Assembly (NCBI GenBank): GCA_030597375.1
Contig: JAUVRX010000002.1
Location: 1,015 to 65,014, forward strand
Direction of reading: 5' to 3'
Length of the DNA: 64,000 nucleotides
Source: Acidobacteriota bacterium
GTDB lineage: Bacteria > Acidobacteriota > Thermoanaerobaculia > Multivoradales > JAHEKO01
Part shown: positions 48,402 through 57,723 of the stretch, in pieces
Position numbering within the stretch: the first letter of the stretch is position 1
Layout of the letters: each line of letters starts with the position of its first letter
Notes under the pieces: model-generated
Seen by the model: the letters and a program-made list of their open reading frames with translations, nothing else
Told to the model about the DNA's origin: nothing
Database searches by the model: none
Made by a program: the position numbers and the translations under genes

Positions 48402-48929
48402 ATGGCTGAAGAGACAACAAAGGGAAAGACTGTCGAGAAAGTCTCCCGCCGAGGCTTCTTTTCCTGGGCGACGATGGCCTGGATCGGTTTCACCGCCGCC
48501 ATCGGTGGCTGCGTCACGGCCTGGAACCGATTCCTCTACCCCAATGTACTGTACGAGCCTCCCATGAGCTTCAGGGTTGGTCTGCCTGAGGACTTCAGCC
48601 CCGGGGTGGTCGACGAGCGCTTCAAGGAATCGAACGGCATCTGGGTCGTCAACAACAACGGCAAGCTCTACGCGTTGATCGCCATATGCACCCACCTGGG
48701 CTGCCCTCCCAATTGGTTGGAGGCGCAGAACAAGTTCAAGTGTCCGTGTCACGGCAGCGGCTACTACAAGGACGGGGTCAACTTCGAAGGTCCGACACCC
48801 CGACCTCTCGAGCGGGCGAAGATCTTTGTCGATTCCGAGGATGGCCAGATCGTCATCGACAAGTCGCAGAAGTACCAGTGGGAGCTGGGGCAATGGGAGG
48901 ATCCCGAGTCGTTCATCCAGGTCGGCTGA
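48402..48929 (+). CDS. Rieske [2Fe-2S] subunit of a cytochrome bc/b6f-type complex
   Basis: The Tat-like N-terminus reads SRRGFFSWATMAWIGF. The cluster motifs are CTHLGCPPNW and CPCHGSGY. Confidence 0.93.
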   Translation: MAEETTKGKTVEKVSRRGFFSWATMAWIGFTAAIGGCVTAWNRFLYPNVLYEPPMSFRVGLPEDFSPGVVDERFKESNGIWVVNNNGKLYALIAICTHLGCPPNWLEAQNKFKCPCHGSGYYKDGVNFEGPTPRPLERAKIFVDSEDGQIVIDKSQKYQWELGQWEDPESFIQVG

Positions 48930-48952
48930 GACCGGGAAGCTGACGGAGAGTC

Positions 48953-49732
48953 ATGCTCAAGAAGATTCAAAAGAGCGTCACCCAGTCGCAGGTCTGGAAG
49001 TCCATCTTCCGGGTCGGGATTCCGACCGACAACAGGAAGCGGGCGCTCGCCATGCTCGGTAACGTGGTGCTGCATCTGCACCCGATCAAGGTGAAGAAAT
49101 CGGGTCTGCGGATGAGCTACACCTGGTGCATGGGTGGCACCGCCTTCTTTCTGTTCCTGGTCGAAACGATTACCGGCCTGCTGCTCATGTTCTATTACCG
49201 TCCCACCGTCGAATATGCCTATTTCGACATGGTGGACCTGCGAGAGGTCGCGGCCTTCGGGATCATGCGGGAGCTCCATCGTTGGGGTGCACATGCCATG
49301 GTGATCGCGGTATGGCTCCACATGTTCAGGGTCTTCATGACCGGCTCCTACAAGCCGCCCCGCGAGTTCAATTGGAACGTCGGTGTGGTCCTCCTCGTTC
49401 TCACCCTGCTCCTGTCGTTCACCGGCTACCTCCTGCCTTGGGATCAGCTGGCGATCTGGGCCATCACGGTGGGCTCCAATATGGCCAGGGCCACCCCTTT
49501 GGTCGGCACGGAGGGACCAGGCTCTGCGCTGCTACAACTGGGGGGAAGGAAGCTGATTCACGTCGGCAGCGATGCGCGCTTCGCCTTGATCGCAGGGCGC
49601 ACGATCGGCGGGGGGACTCTCATCCGGTTCTACGTGCTGCACTGTGTCGGCATTCCCTTCATAGCCGCTTTTCTGATCGCAGTCCACTTCTGGCGGGTAC
49701 GCAAGGACGGCGGCATCTCCGGACCTGTCTGA
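48953..49732 (+). CDS. Cytochrome b6-type (split) cytochrome b, N-terminal four-helix subunit
   Basis: The similarity to cytochrome b6 is strong by eye: TWCMGG...[12 protein letters not shown]...[12 protein letters not shown]...[16 protein letters not shown]...[10 protein letters not shown]...[15 protein letters not shown]. Confidence 0.92.
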   Translation: MLKKIQKSVTQSQVWKSIFRVGIPTDNRKRALAMLGNVVLHLHPIKVKKSGLRMSYTWCMGGTAFFLFLVETITGLLLMFYYRPTVEYAYFDMVDLREVAAFGIMRELHRWGAHAMVIAVWLHMFRVFMTGSYKPPREFNWNVGVVLLVLTLLLSFTGYLLPWDQLAIWAITVGSNMARATPLVGTEGPGSALLQLGGRKLIHVGSDARFALIAGRTIGGGTLIRFYVLHCVGIPFIAAFLIAVHFWRVRKDGGISGPV

Positions 49733-49745
49733 GCCGACGAGCGCC

Positions 49746-50825
49746 ATGGAAGCGATCAAAGACCTCATCAACTTTCTGTCCTACCCGAAGTGGTCGTTCA
49801 CCCTGTCGCTGGTGGTCTTCTTCCTCTTGGTGCGCTCCAAGAAGCTGTGGACCCGACGAGGCGGCCTCATCATGCTCGTGGCCGCCGTGACCTTGTTCAG
49901 CCTCAGCCTGCTCGACCCCAATTTCAGAAGTGTCGTCGCCAAACCGGACAACGTTCCCATCGTCATGATGGTCTTTCTGGTGGGCTTCTTCCTCTGGCTC
50001 GCCCTGTACAAGGGCATTCGCAACGATGAACTGATCGAGCGTGGCGAACCGACCTTCGAGAAGAGCGAAGTCGAAGACAAGATCTTCACCTGGCCCGATC
50101 TGGTCTTCATCGAGTTCATCTGCATGATCCTCCTGATGGTCGGCCTGGTGGTCTGGTCGATCCTGCTCAGGGCACCTCTCGAGGAACCGGCCAACCTGGC
50201 GGTGGCCCCCAACCCCTCCAAGGCTCCCTGGTACTTCCTGGGTCTGCAGGAGATGCTGGTCTACTTCGATCCGTGGCTGGCCGGCGTCGTCCTGCCGGGT
50301 CTCATCGTTGTGGGACTGATGGCGATTCCCTATATCGACACCAACCCAAAAGGAAACGGTTACTACACCTTCAAGGAGCGCAAGACGGAGATCATCCTGT
50401 TTCTTTTCGGTTTCCTCGTGTTGTGGTGTCAGATGATCGTGATCGGCACCTTCCTGCGGGGGCCGAACTGGAACTTCTTCGGACCGTTCGAATTCTGGGA
50501 TGTGGAGAAGATCGAGCCATTGGTCAACGTGGATCTATCGGAGATCATCTGGATCAAGGTGCTGGGAGTTGGATTGCCGTCTCACTGGCTACCGCGCGAG
50601 ATCTTCGGGATCATCCTGTTGGCTCTGTACTTTTTCGCCTTGCCGATCGTCTTCAGCAAGACCAGGGGTCTCCGCCGCTACTACGAAAAGATGGGTCCGC
50701 CCCGCTTCTACACCGGCGTCGGCCTGTTTCTGATGATGATGCTCCTACCCATCAAGATGTATTTCAGGTGGGCCCTCAATCTGAAGTACTTCGTTCACAT
50801 TCAGGAGTTCTTCTTCAACGTCTAA
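49746..50825 (+). CDS. Cytochrome b C-terminal / subunit IV-like membrane subunit (extended, 359 aa)
   Basis: The sequence PSKAPWYFLGLQEMLVYF aligns with the PEWY Qo loop of subunit IV and the cyt b C-terminal domain. There are extra TM helices at both the N- and C-termini. Confidence 0.85.
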   Translation: MEAIKDLINFLSYPKWSFTLSLVVFFLLVRSKKLWTRRGGLIMLVAAVTLFSLSLLDPNFRSVVAKPDNVPIVMMVFLVGFFLWLALYKGIRNDELIERGEPTFEKSEVEDKIFTWPDLVFIEFICMILLMVGLVVWSILLRAPLEEPANLAVAPNPSKAPWYFLGLQEMLVYFDPWLAGVVLPGLIVVGLMAIPYIDTNPKGNGYYTFKERKTEIILFLFGFLVLWCQMIVIGTFLRGPNWNFFGPFEFWDVEKIEPLVNVDLSEIIWIKVLGVGLPSHWLPREIFGIILLALYFFALPIVFSKTRGLRRYYEKMGPPRFYTGVGLFLMMMLLPIKMYFRWALNLKYFVHIQEFFFNV

Positions 50826-50829
50826 GGGT

Positions 50830-53766
50830 ATGGCTGGCCATCCACAGAAGAAGCCCGATCGACATTTCGACTTTGGCCGTCTGAACAGGTGGTTCGGCAT
50901 CAGCTCCTTGGCGCTCCTCGCCGTAACCCTGTGGATGGTGCTGGCGGACTACGCCAAGCCCTGGAAGCAGTTTCAGAGTGAATTCCGGGACCGCGAGCGT
51001 CAGGTGTTGCTGCAGCAGGCAAGCGCAGAACGCCAGCAGATCGACGAAAGCGAGTTGAATCAACTCCGACAGGATATCTCGCAAGAGGAAGACGGGCTCG
51101 AAGCGAGCCGCACGGAGATTCACGAACTGAAGAAGACCCTCGGCAAGCTGGGGAAGAAGATCTATGCTGCGGACTCGGCTTCGCGAACCACGAAGTCTCT
51201 GCTGGACACAGCCCGGTGGGAATACGATCGGGACCTTCAGGAGGGTGACGAGGCGGCGATAGAGAGGGCGCGCCAGAGGGTGGATGAGCTCGGCGAGGAG
51301 TGGCTCGAGAATCGCAAGGCCGTCGAGTCGCTCACCGAGCAGCGGGATCAGGCACGTGATTCGCTGGACCAGCGTCAAGCGGCCCTGGTGGATGCGGAGA
51401 GCCGTTTGGCCGCGTTGCTCCAGGGCTTCGAGACCCTGGAACAGCGAGCAGCGAATCTCGACAAATCGCTGTCCTATCGCCTGCTCAACGCCCCCCTGTT
51501 GGACTTCATGAACCCCGATCTCAAGATCGAGCAGGTGATGCTGCCAGGGCTCTATCACGACATCAACTTCACCAAGGTGGAGCGTGTCGATCGTTGCGTC
51601 ACATGCCATGTGGCGGCGAACCGGGTCGGGTTCGACGGTGAAGAGTGGGAGCATCCCTTCCGTTCTCATCCCAAGATGGACATGTTCGTCGGCTCGAGCT
51701 CACCTCATCCCTACAGCCGTTTCGGTTGCTCCAGTTGTCACGGAGGTCTAGACCGATCGACAGACTTCGCCCGTGTCGGCCACAGCCCTTCCAACGAGGA
51801 GGAGATGAAGAGCTGGCAGAAGAAGTGGGGATGGGAGCCTCAGCCCTATCTGGAGACCCCCATCTATCCGGCCGACTATTCAGAAGCAGGTTGTTTCACC
51901 TGCCATTCGGCAGAGGTCTGGACGCCGGGCGCGGAGTTGCAGGATACGGGGCGTCAGCTGGTCATGAGGATGGGCTGTTTCGTCTGTCACAAGATCGACT
52001 ACCCGGCCTTTCAGGATCTTCCCCGACCGGGGCCGAATCTGAGCCAGGTAGCGGGCAAGACGAGCTCCGGCTGGGCATTCCAATGGATCACCGCACCCCG
52101 CGATTTCAGACCTACCACCTGGATGCCCCATTTCTTCTTTCAGGACAACACCTCCAGCGAGCTCAACCTGGAGCGACAGGCGGTCGAGATCGTCTCGGCG
52201 GTGACCTATCTGTGGGAAAAATCGGCATCTCCGGAGTATCCGCCACCGCCGCCAGGTGATCCACGCCAGGGTCAGGTCCTCTTCGAAACGGTGGGCTGTA
52301 CCGGCTGCCATCTCATGGACGCAGAGGCGAAGCGTGATGACTTCTTCCCACAGATCAATCGCCTACATGGGCCGAATCTGATTCGTACCGGTAGCAAGGT
52401 TTCGGCAGGGTGGCTCTACTCCTGGATCAGGAACCCCAGGCAGTATGCCCCCGATACGCGCATGCCGGATCTGCGTCTGACCGATCGAGAGGCGGCCGAT
52501 ATCACCGCCTACCTGATGTCGAGCCGTGATCCCGCCTTCGAGGGCCTGGAGTTACCTGAGCCCGACCCACAGGTCCGCGACGAGATGGTCTTGAACTACC
52601 TGCGCAACAACGAGACCATCGAGCAGAGTCTGGCGGTGCTTCAGGAGATGAGCGCTCACGAGCGCAACGTCTATCTAGGCTTCGAGACGATTCAAAAGTA
52701 TGGTTGCTGGGGTTGCCACGACCTCTCAGGCTTCGAGATTGCCAAGCCCATCGGTGTCGAGCTGACGGAAGAGGGCACCAAGCCTCTGCACCAGTTCGAC
52801 TTTGGCCATGTTCACGACGTGCCGCATACACGGCACGACTGGATCCGCACGAAGTTGCTGAATCCCAGAATCTGGGATGAGGGCAAAGAGGCCGTCAAGA
52901 ACTATGCCGAGCTCCTCAAGATGCCCAACTTCGGCATGTCGGAGCGGGAGGCCGAGGCGGTGGTCACCATGGTGCTCGGCTTCACCAGGGAGTCGGTCGA
53001 GGCGAGCAGTCGAGCCGGCCAGACGACTCGCAGCATTTCGCTCGTCGAGGGGCGCCGGCTCATCACCCGATTCAATTGTCAAGGCTGTCATCTGATCGAA
53101 GGCCAGGGACACGCCATCAGGACTTCCATCGAGGATGTGGGGATGTTGCCACCCAACCTGGCTGCAGAAGGCGCCCGGGTGAAGAGCGACTGGTTGTTCG
53201 AGTATCTACACGCTCCCGGGGCAGTGCGATTGCGTCCCTGGCTCACTACCCGAATGCCGACCTTTGGATTCAGTGATGACGAGGTCAATGCCCTGGTGAG
53301 CTACTTCGCGGCCCGAGAGGAGCGTCTGGCATTCCTGTCGGATCCGGCCAGACCCGGGGCCCGCGAGCTCGTGGTCGGAGAGGTGACGTTCAACATGTTT
53401 CAATGTGCCAAGTGTCACCCGGCCGGCCCTCAGGAGGACCTCGGTGCTGGAGTCGGTGCCGGGGATCTGGCTCCTTCCCTCCTGCTTGCCAAGCAGCGCC
53501 TGCGTCACGACTGGGTGCCGGATTGGATTCGGGATCCGCAGAGCTGGATTCCGGGATCCAAGATGCCGGCCAACTTTCCTCGCAGCCCTGATGGCGGCTA
53601 CACCTCGCCCCTGGCCATGGCCATCGATACGCCGATGTTCGCGCAGCAGAAGGAGCGCATGATGCGCTATTTCTCCTCGGACGAAGAGCTCAAGGCGTAT
53701 CTGGGCGATGCGGACTATGTGACCGGGGTGCTGCGAGACCACATCTGGTGGAATCTGGAGGACTAG
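50830..53766 (+). CDS. Membrane-anchored octaheme c-type cytochrome with a long predicted coiled-coil segment
   Basis: 978 aa. The TM anchor is FGISSLALLAVTLWMVLADY. Residues ~45-215 are E/R/Q/L-rich and lack Cys/His motifs. There are eight CxxCH motifs: CVTCH, CSSCH, CFTCH, CFVCH, CTGCH, CWGCH, CQGCH and CAKCH. Confidence 0.88.
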   Translation: MAGHPQKKPDRHFDFGRLNRWFGISSLALLAVTLWMVLADYAKPWKQFQSEFRDRERQVLLQQASAERQQIDESELNQLRQDISQEEDGLEASRTEIHELKKTLGKLGKKIYAADSASRTTKSLLDTARWEYDRDLQEGDEAAIERARQRVDELGEEWLENRKAVESLTEQRDQARDSLDQRQAALVDAESRLAALLQGFETLEQRAANLDKSLSYRLLNAPLLDFMNPDLKIEQVMLPGLYHDINFTKVERVDRCVTCHVAANRVGFDGEEWEHPFRSHPKMDMFVGSSSPHPYSRFGCSSCHGGLDRSTDFARVGHSPSNEEEMKSWQKKWGWEPQPYLETPIYPADYSEAGCFTCHSAEVWTPGAELQDTGRQLVMRMGCFVCHKIDYPAFQDLPRPGPNLSQVAGKTSSGWAFQWITAPRDFRPTTWMPHFFFQDNTSSELNLERQAVEIVSAVTYLWEKSASPEYPPPPPGDPRQGQVLFETVGCTGCHLMDAEAKRDDFFPQINRLHGPNLIRTGSKVSAGWLYSWIRNPRQYAPDTRMPDLRLTDREAADITAYLMSSRDPAFEGLELPEPDPQVRDEMVLNYLRNNETIEQSLAVLQEMSAHERNVYLGFETIQKYGCWGCHDLSGFEIAKPIGVELTEEGTKPLHQFDFGHVHDVPHTRHDWIRTKLLNPRIWDEGKEAVKNYAELLKMPNFGMSEREAEAVVTMVLGFTRESVEASSRAGQTTRSISLVEGRRLITRFNCQGCHLIEGQGHAIRTSIEDVGMLPPNLAAEGARVKSDWLFEYLHAPGAVRLRPWLTTRMPTFGFSDDEVNALVSYFAAREERLAFLSDPARPGARELVVGEVTFNMFQCAKCHPAGPQEDLGAGVGAGDLAPSLLLAKQRLRHDWVPDWIRDPQSWIPGSKMPANFPRSPDGGYTSPLAMAIDTPMFAQQKERMMRYFSSDEELKAYLGDADYVTGVLRDHIWWNLED

Positions 53767-53889
53767 CCGGTAGCCCGGCAGACAATTTGCGGCCCACGCT
53801 CCGAACTCATGGCATAATCCGCGGTTCGCGCCGCTGTCGAGGAGCGTCAGCTAGAGGTATCGAAACCGATCTGAAGGAGGCTCGAACGA

Positions 53890-54690
53890 ATGAAGAAGAT
53901 CTCATTGCTCATGGTATTTGCCCTGATTGCCACTGTTTTGGTGGTCGGTTGTGGTGGCGGTGGCGACCAGGCTGCCGCTCCTGCTCAGCAAGCCGATTCC
54001 GCGCCGGCCGCTGCGCCTGGCCCGGCGGCGACCGGAAGTGGGACCATCGAAGGTAACGCCAAGTACATCAATGGCGACCCGGATGCGGTGATCGGCATGG
54101 ACGCCGACCCTGTCTGCGCGTCGTTGCACCCCGGTGAGGTCCACACCGAAAAGGTGGTGATCGACGACGATGGCAATCTGGCCAACGTCTTCGTATACGT
54201 GAAGTCTGGTCTGGAAGGCAAGAGCTTCCCTGTGCCTGGAACCGCCCACATGCTCGACCAGATGGGTTGTCAGTACAAGCCTCATGTTTCTGGCGTTCAG
54301 GTAGGGCAGAAGCTGGTCGTCCGGAACAGCGATCCGACGCTCCACAACGTCCACGCCAGGCCGAAGTCCAACAAGGAGTTCAACCAGGGACAGCCCTTCC
54401 AGGGCATGGAACTGGAGCACACCTTCGACAAGGCCGAGGTCATGGTGCCGTTCAAGTGCGACGTGCATCCATGGATGAGCTCGTACATGGCGGTTCTCGA
54501 GCACCCGTTCTTCGGAGTCTCGAGCGAGCAGGGTAGCTTCGGCATCGAGAACCTGCCGGCCGGGGACTATGTGCTCGAGGCCTGGCACGAAGAATTCGGG
54601 ACCCAGACCGTGGAGGTCACCATCGTGGACGGTGACACGGCAGTCGTGAGCTTCGATTTCTCGCCGGGCGCTACAGCCTCAGCGGGCTGA
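53890..54690 (+). CDS. Cupredoxin (type-1 copper, amicyanin-like site) lipoprotein with a C-terminal beta-sandwich domain
   Basis: The lipobox is LVVGCGGG, preceded by the RBS GAAGGAGG. VGQKLVVRNSDPTLHNVH and FKCDVHPWM match the amicyanin ligand blocks (..HNVH.. and C-x2-H-x2-M). The C-terminus reads GSFGIENLPAGDYVLEAWHEEFG. Confidence 0.75.
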   Translation: MKKISLLMVFALIATVLVVGCGGGGDQAAAPAQQADSAPAAAPGPAATGSGTIEGNAKYINGDPDAVIGMDADPVCASLHPGEVHTEKVVIDDDGNLANVFVYVKSGLEGKSFPVPGTAHMLDQMGCQYKPHVSGVQVGQKLVVRNSDPTLHNVHARPKSNKEFNQGQPFQGMELEHTFDKAEVMVPFKCDVHPWMSSYMAVLEHPFFGVSSEQGSFGIENLPAGDYVLEAWHEEFGTQTVEVTIVDGDTAVVSFDFSPGATASAG

Positions 54691-54709
54691 GCATTTCACT
54701 GCGGAACCT

Positions 54710-54748
54710 CGGGGCGGGGTCATGAGATCCCCGCCCCGTCATCTTTCT
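54710..54748 (+). terminator. Rho-independent terminator after the cupredoxin gene
   Basis: A perfect 10-bp GC stem, CGGGGCGGGG (54710-54719) and CCCCGCCCCG (54729-54738), with a 9-nt loop. It is followed by TCATCTTTCT. Confidence 0.65.
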
Positions 54749-54870
54749 GCCAGGGAGTCAACCTCGCGCAGGTGCCGGCGCGAAGCCTCTCTTCGGTCGG
54801 TCCTGACGGCCGCGATAGACTGACGCCGTATCGATTGCGCCTTACCATTCTTCGAGGAGATTGACCGACG

Positions 54871-55866
54871 ATGTCGAGCGACACACCGTTCCTGCAAGGA
54901 ATCCATCGCCTCGCCGTCCTGCTGGCTGGGTATGTGGTGTTGCTGATTACGGCTGGTGGCCTGGTAAAGAGTCTGGAAGCGGGTCTCTCGGTTCCCGATT
55001 GGCCGCTGTCCTACGGCATGCTGAATCCGCCGCGATGGTGGCAGATCGAGAACGTCAGGGCGGAGCATGGTCACCGCCTGATTGCCGGCACGGTGCTGTT
55101 GTTGACCCTGGCCCTGGTGATCTGGATCGTTCGTCGTGAGCCGCGGAAGTGGGTGAGGGGCGTCGCCCTCGTGGCGTTCGCTGCGGTATTGGCTCAGGCC
55201 GCTCTGGGCGGCATCACGGTGCTCTTCTTCTTGCCGACAGCGATATCGGTGAGCCACGCCGGCCTGGCGCAACTATTCCTCGGCTTCCTTGTGGTGCTCG
55301 CCGTGGTCACCTCTCGCCGGTGGGTCTCTGGCGAAAGCGCCAGGAATCTGGCCGGTCCGGTTGGAAGAATCGCCTCTTTGGCGACTGCCACGACGGTCGT
55401 CATCTATCTTCAGATCCTCCTCGGTGCCGTCATGCGCCACACTGGAGCCGGTCTGGCGATCCCCGACTTTCCTCTTGCCTTCGGGGGGCTGATTCCGCCC
55501 AGACTGGATTTCGCCATTGGGATTCACTTCGCTCACCGAGTGGGTGCATTGATAGCAGCCACGCTGGTCTTCTGGTTGCTGGGACGGGTATTGCGATACG
55601 CAAGTCTAGAGCGGGTCGTTGTCATTCCGACCTGGTTGTTGGCTGTCATGGTTCTGGTCCAAGGCACTCTTGGGGGCTTGGTGGTCCTGACGGGCAAAGC
55701 GGTCCTGCCCAACACCCTGCATGTGGGAAACGGTGCGCTTCTCCTGGCTCTCAGTCTGGTTGTGACTTTATGGGCCCGGCGTCTGGACTGGGTCGCTCAT
55801 CAGCAAGGGGATGTCGCCGAAGTCGAGGTCTTCGGGACCCGGCGTCTGGAACGGGCTGTGTCGTGA
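54871..55866 (+). CDS. ctaA: Heme A synthase (COX15/CtaA)
   Basis: 331 aa with about 8 TM helices. The sequence contains LVKSLEAGLSVPDWPLSYG, AEHGHRLIAG and HFAHRVGALIA. Confidence 0.88.
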   Translation: MSSDTPFLQGIHRLAVLLAGYVVLLITAGGLVKSLEAGLSVPDWPLSYGMLNPPRWWQIENVRAEHGHRLIAGTVLLLTLALVIWIVRREPRKWVRGVALVAFAAVLAQAALGGITVLFFLPTAISVSHAGLAQLFLGFLVVLAVVTSRRWVSGESARNLAGPVGRIASLATATTVVIYLQILLGAVMRHTGAGLAIPDFPLAFGGLIPPRLDFAIGIHFAHRVGALIAATLVFWLLGRVLRYASLERVVVIPTWLLAVMVLVQGTLGGLVVLTGKAVLPNTLHVGNGALLLALSLVVTLWARRLDWVAHQQGDVAEVEVFGTRRLERAVS

Positions 55867-56762
55867 GCAGTCCCGTCGCCATCGATTCGAAGCAGATTTC
55901 GCTGGGGGTGCGCCTGGCGGATCTGGTCGAGCTCACGAAGCCCCGCATCACTCTGATGGTGGTGCTGACGGCGGCAATTGGAGTCTTGCTGAGCGGCGGT
56001 GGAAGCGTGAGCTTGAGTCTGGCGATTCATGCTCTGCTCGGAACCGGGCTGGTGGCGGCGGGATCTGCGGCCCTGAACCATGTGCTCGAACGGGACCTGG
56101 ATGCGCTCATGAAGCGCACGGCCGATCGTCCCCTGCCCGCGGGACGCATGCACCCCGATACGGCGCTGTTCTTCGGTGTCGCCCTGGCTGTGGCCGGGCT
56201 GCTCGAGCTGACTGTGGCTGTCAACCTGCTGACAGCTTTGTTGGGGGCCGTTGCCCTGGCAGGCTACCTCTTTGTCTATACACCCATGAAGCGCATCAGC
56301 TCCCTGGCCACCATCGTCGGAGCGATTCCGGGAGCCCTGCCGCCGCTCATGGGCTGGACGGCCGTGAGCAATCGCCTGGATCTGGGCGGATTGGTGCTCT
56401 TCGCCATACTGTTTCTTTGGCAGCTGCCCCACTTCCTGGCCATCGCCTGGATGTGCCGGGAGGACTACGCACGGGCCGGTATTCCCGTCTTGCCGGTGGT
56501 GGAGCCCGACGGGCGCAGCACAGCCCGTCAGATGATGCTGTACGGTGCCGCTCTATTGCCCGTAAGCCTGATGCCGACCGTCCTGGGCCTCACCGGCACG
56601 ACCTACCTTCTCGGCACGTTGGCTCTGGGTTGCTTCTTTCTCGCTGTCTGTGTGTCGTTCGCGTTGTCGTTCTCGACGGGTGCGGCTCGCCGCGTACTGC
56701 TGGTCTCGGTTCTGTATCTCCCTGCGGTGATGCTGGTCATGGTTTTCGACCGGGTCACGTGA
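55863..56762 (+). CDS. ctaB: Protoheme IX farnesyltransferase (heme O synthase)
   Basis: The GTG at 55863 overlaps the ctaA stop (GTGA). The sequence contains LTKPRITLMVVLTA, the UbiA-type NHVLERDLDALMKRTADRPLPAG and YTPMKR. The upstream 238 codons of the 55149-56762 ORF overlap ctaA and are not coding. Confidence 0.9.
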   Translation: MSSPVAIDSKQISLGVRLADLVELTKPRITLMVVLTAAIGVLLSGGGSVSLSLAIHALLGTGLVAAGSAALNHVLERDLDALMKRTADRPLPAGRMHPDTALFFGVALAVAGLLELTVAVNLLTALLGAVALAGYLFVYTPMKRISSLATIVGAIPGALPPLMGWTAVSNRLDLGGLVLFAILFLWQLPHFLAIAWMCREDYARAGIPVLPVVEPDGRSTARQMMLYGAALLPVSLMPTVLGLTGTTYLLGTLALGCFFLAVCVSFALSFSTGAARRVLLVSVLYLPAVMLVMVFDRVT

Positions 56763-56766
56763 AGCG

Positions 56767-57723
56767 ATGTCCCAAGCTCCCATGTCTGGATCTTCTGGAC
56801 AATCGGCGGTTTCGGCTCGGGAGTTGAAGTTCTCCTACGGCCAGAGGTTGGCCCTGGATGGCATCAGCTTCGAGGTTCGTGTCGGTGAGATCTACGGCTT
56901 CCTGGGGCCGAACGGTGGTGGCAAGAGTACCCTCTTCAGCATCCTGGCGACGCTGCTCAGGCCGGATCAGGGACAGGTCTCGGTGCTCGGTCTGGACATT
57001 GTCGAGGAAGCGGCGCTCGTTCGTCATCAACTCGGGGTGGTGTTTCAATCACCGAGTGTCGATGAGCATTTGACGGTGGAGGAGAATCTGGTCCACCAGG
57101 GGCACCTCTACGGACTCCGGGGTGTAGATCTGAAGAGCAGGATCAAGGTCCTCCTGGAGAGGTTCTCGATCGACGACCGACGGGATGACCGGATCAGGAC
57201 CCTCTCTGGCGGGCTTCGACGCCGGGTCGAGATTGCCAAGGCTCTACTTCACCAGCCACGCCTCCTGTTGTTGGACGAGCCGAGCACCGGATTGGATCCT
57301 GGCGCCCGTCGAGATGTCTGGAAGGCTCTCGAGGAGCTGCGCTCCTCTCATGAGGTGACGGTGATGCTGACGACCCACTTCATGGAGGAGGGCGACCGCT
57401 GTGACCGGCTGGCCCTGGTGGACAGGGGGCGATTGGTGGCTCAAGGGTCGCCAGAGAGCCTGAAAGGAGAGATCGGCGGCGAGGTCGTCTTGATCACCAC
57501 CGATGATCCCGAGGCTCTCTGCGTCGAGATGCGGCAGCGCCTGGACCTCGATGCCGCGGTACAGGGCTCGCGGGTGCGTCTCGAGACCGAGCGCGCCCAC
57601 AGCTTCATTGCCCAGCTCGTGGAGACCTTTGCCGATCGAATCGATGCTCTGAGCCTTGCGAAGCCCACTCTGGAGGATGTCTTTCTCCACCGTACAGGTC
57701 GAGGCCTGGGGGAGGAGGAGTGA
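56767..57723 (+). CDS. ABC transporter ATP-binding protein (ABC-2/DrrA-type)
   Basis: Walker A is GPNGGGKST, the signature is LSGGLRRRVEIAKAL and Walker B is LLLLDEPSTGLD. Confidence 0.9.
   Translation: MSQAPMSGSSGQSAVSARELKFSYGQRLALDGISFEVRVGEIYGFLGPNGGGKSTLFSILATLLRPDQGQVSVLGLDIVEEAALVRHQLGVVFQSPSVDEHLTVEENLVHQGHLYGLRGVDLKSRIKVLLERFSIDDRRDDRIRTLSGGLRRRVEIAKALLHQPRLLLLDEPSTGLDPGARRDVWKALEELRSSHEVTVMLTTHFMEEGDRCDRLALVDRGRLVAQGSPESLKGEIGGEVVLITTDDPEALCVEMRQRLDLDAAVQGSRVRLETERAHSFIAQLVETFADRIDALSLAKPTLEDVFLHRTGRGLGEEE

Noticed and set aside
53776-53791. The sigma-54-like string CGGCAGACAATTTGCG upstream of the cupredoxin gene.
   Set aside because: The spacing and TTGC are right, but the -24 half (CGGCAG) is weak. 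It is kept only as a remark in the cupredoxin finding, not called as a feature.
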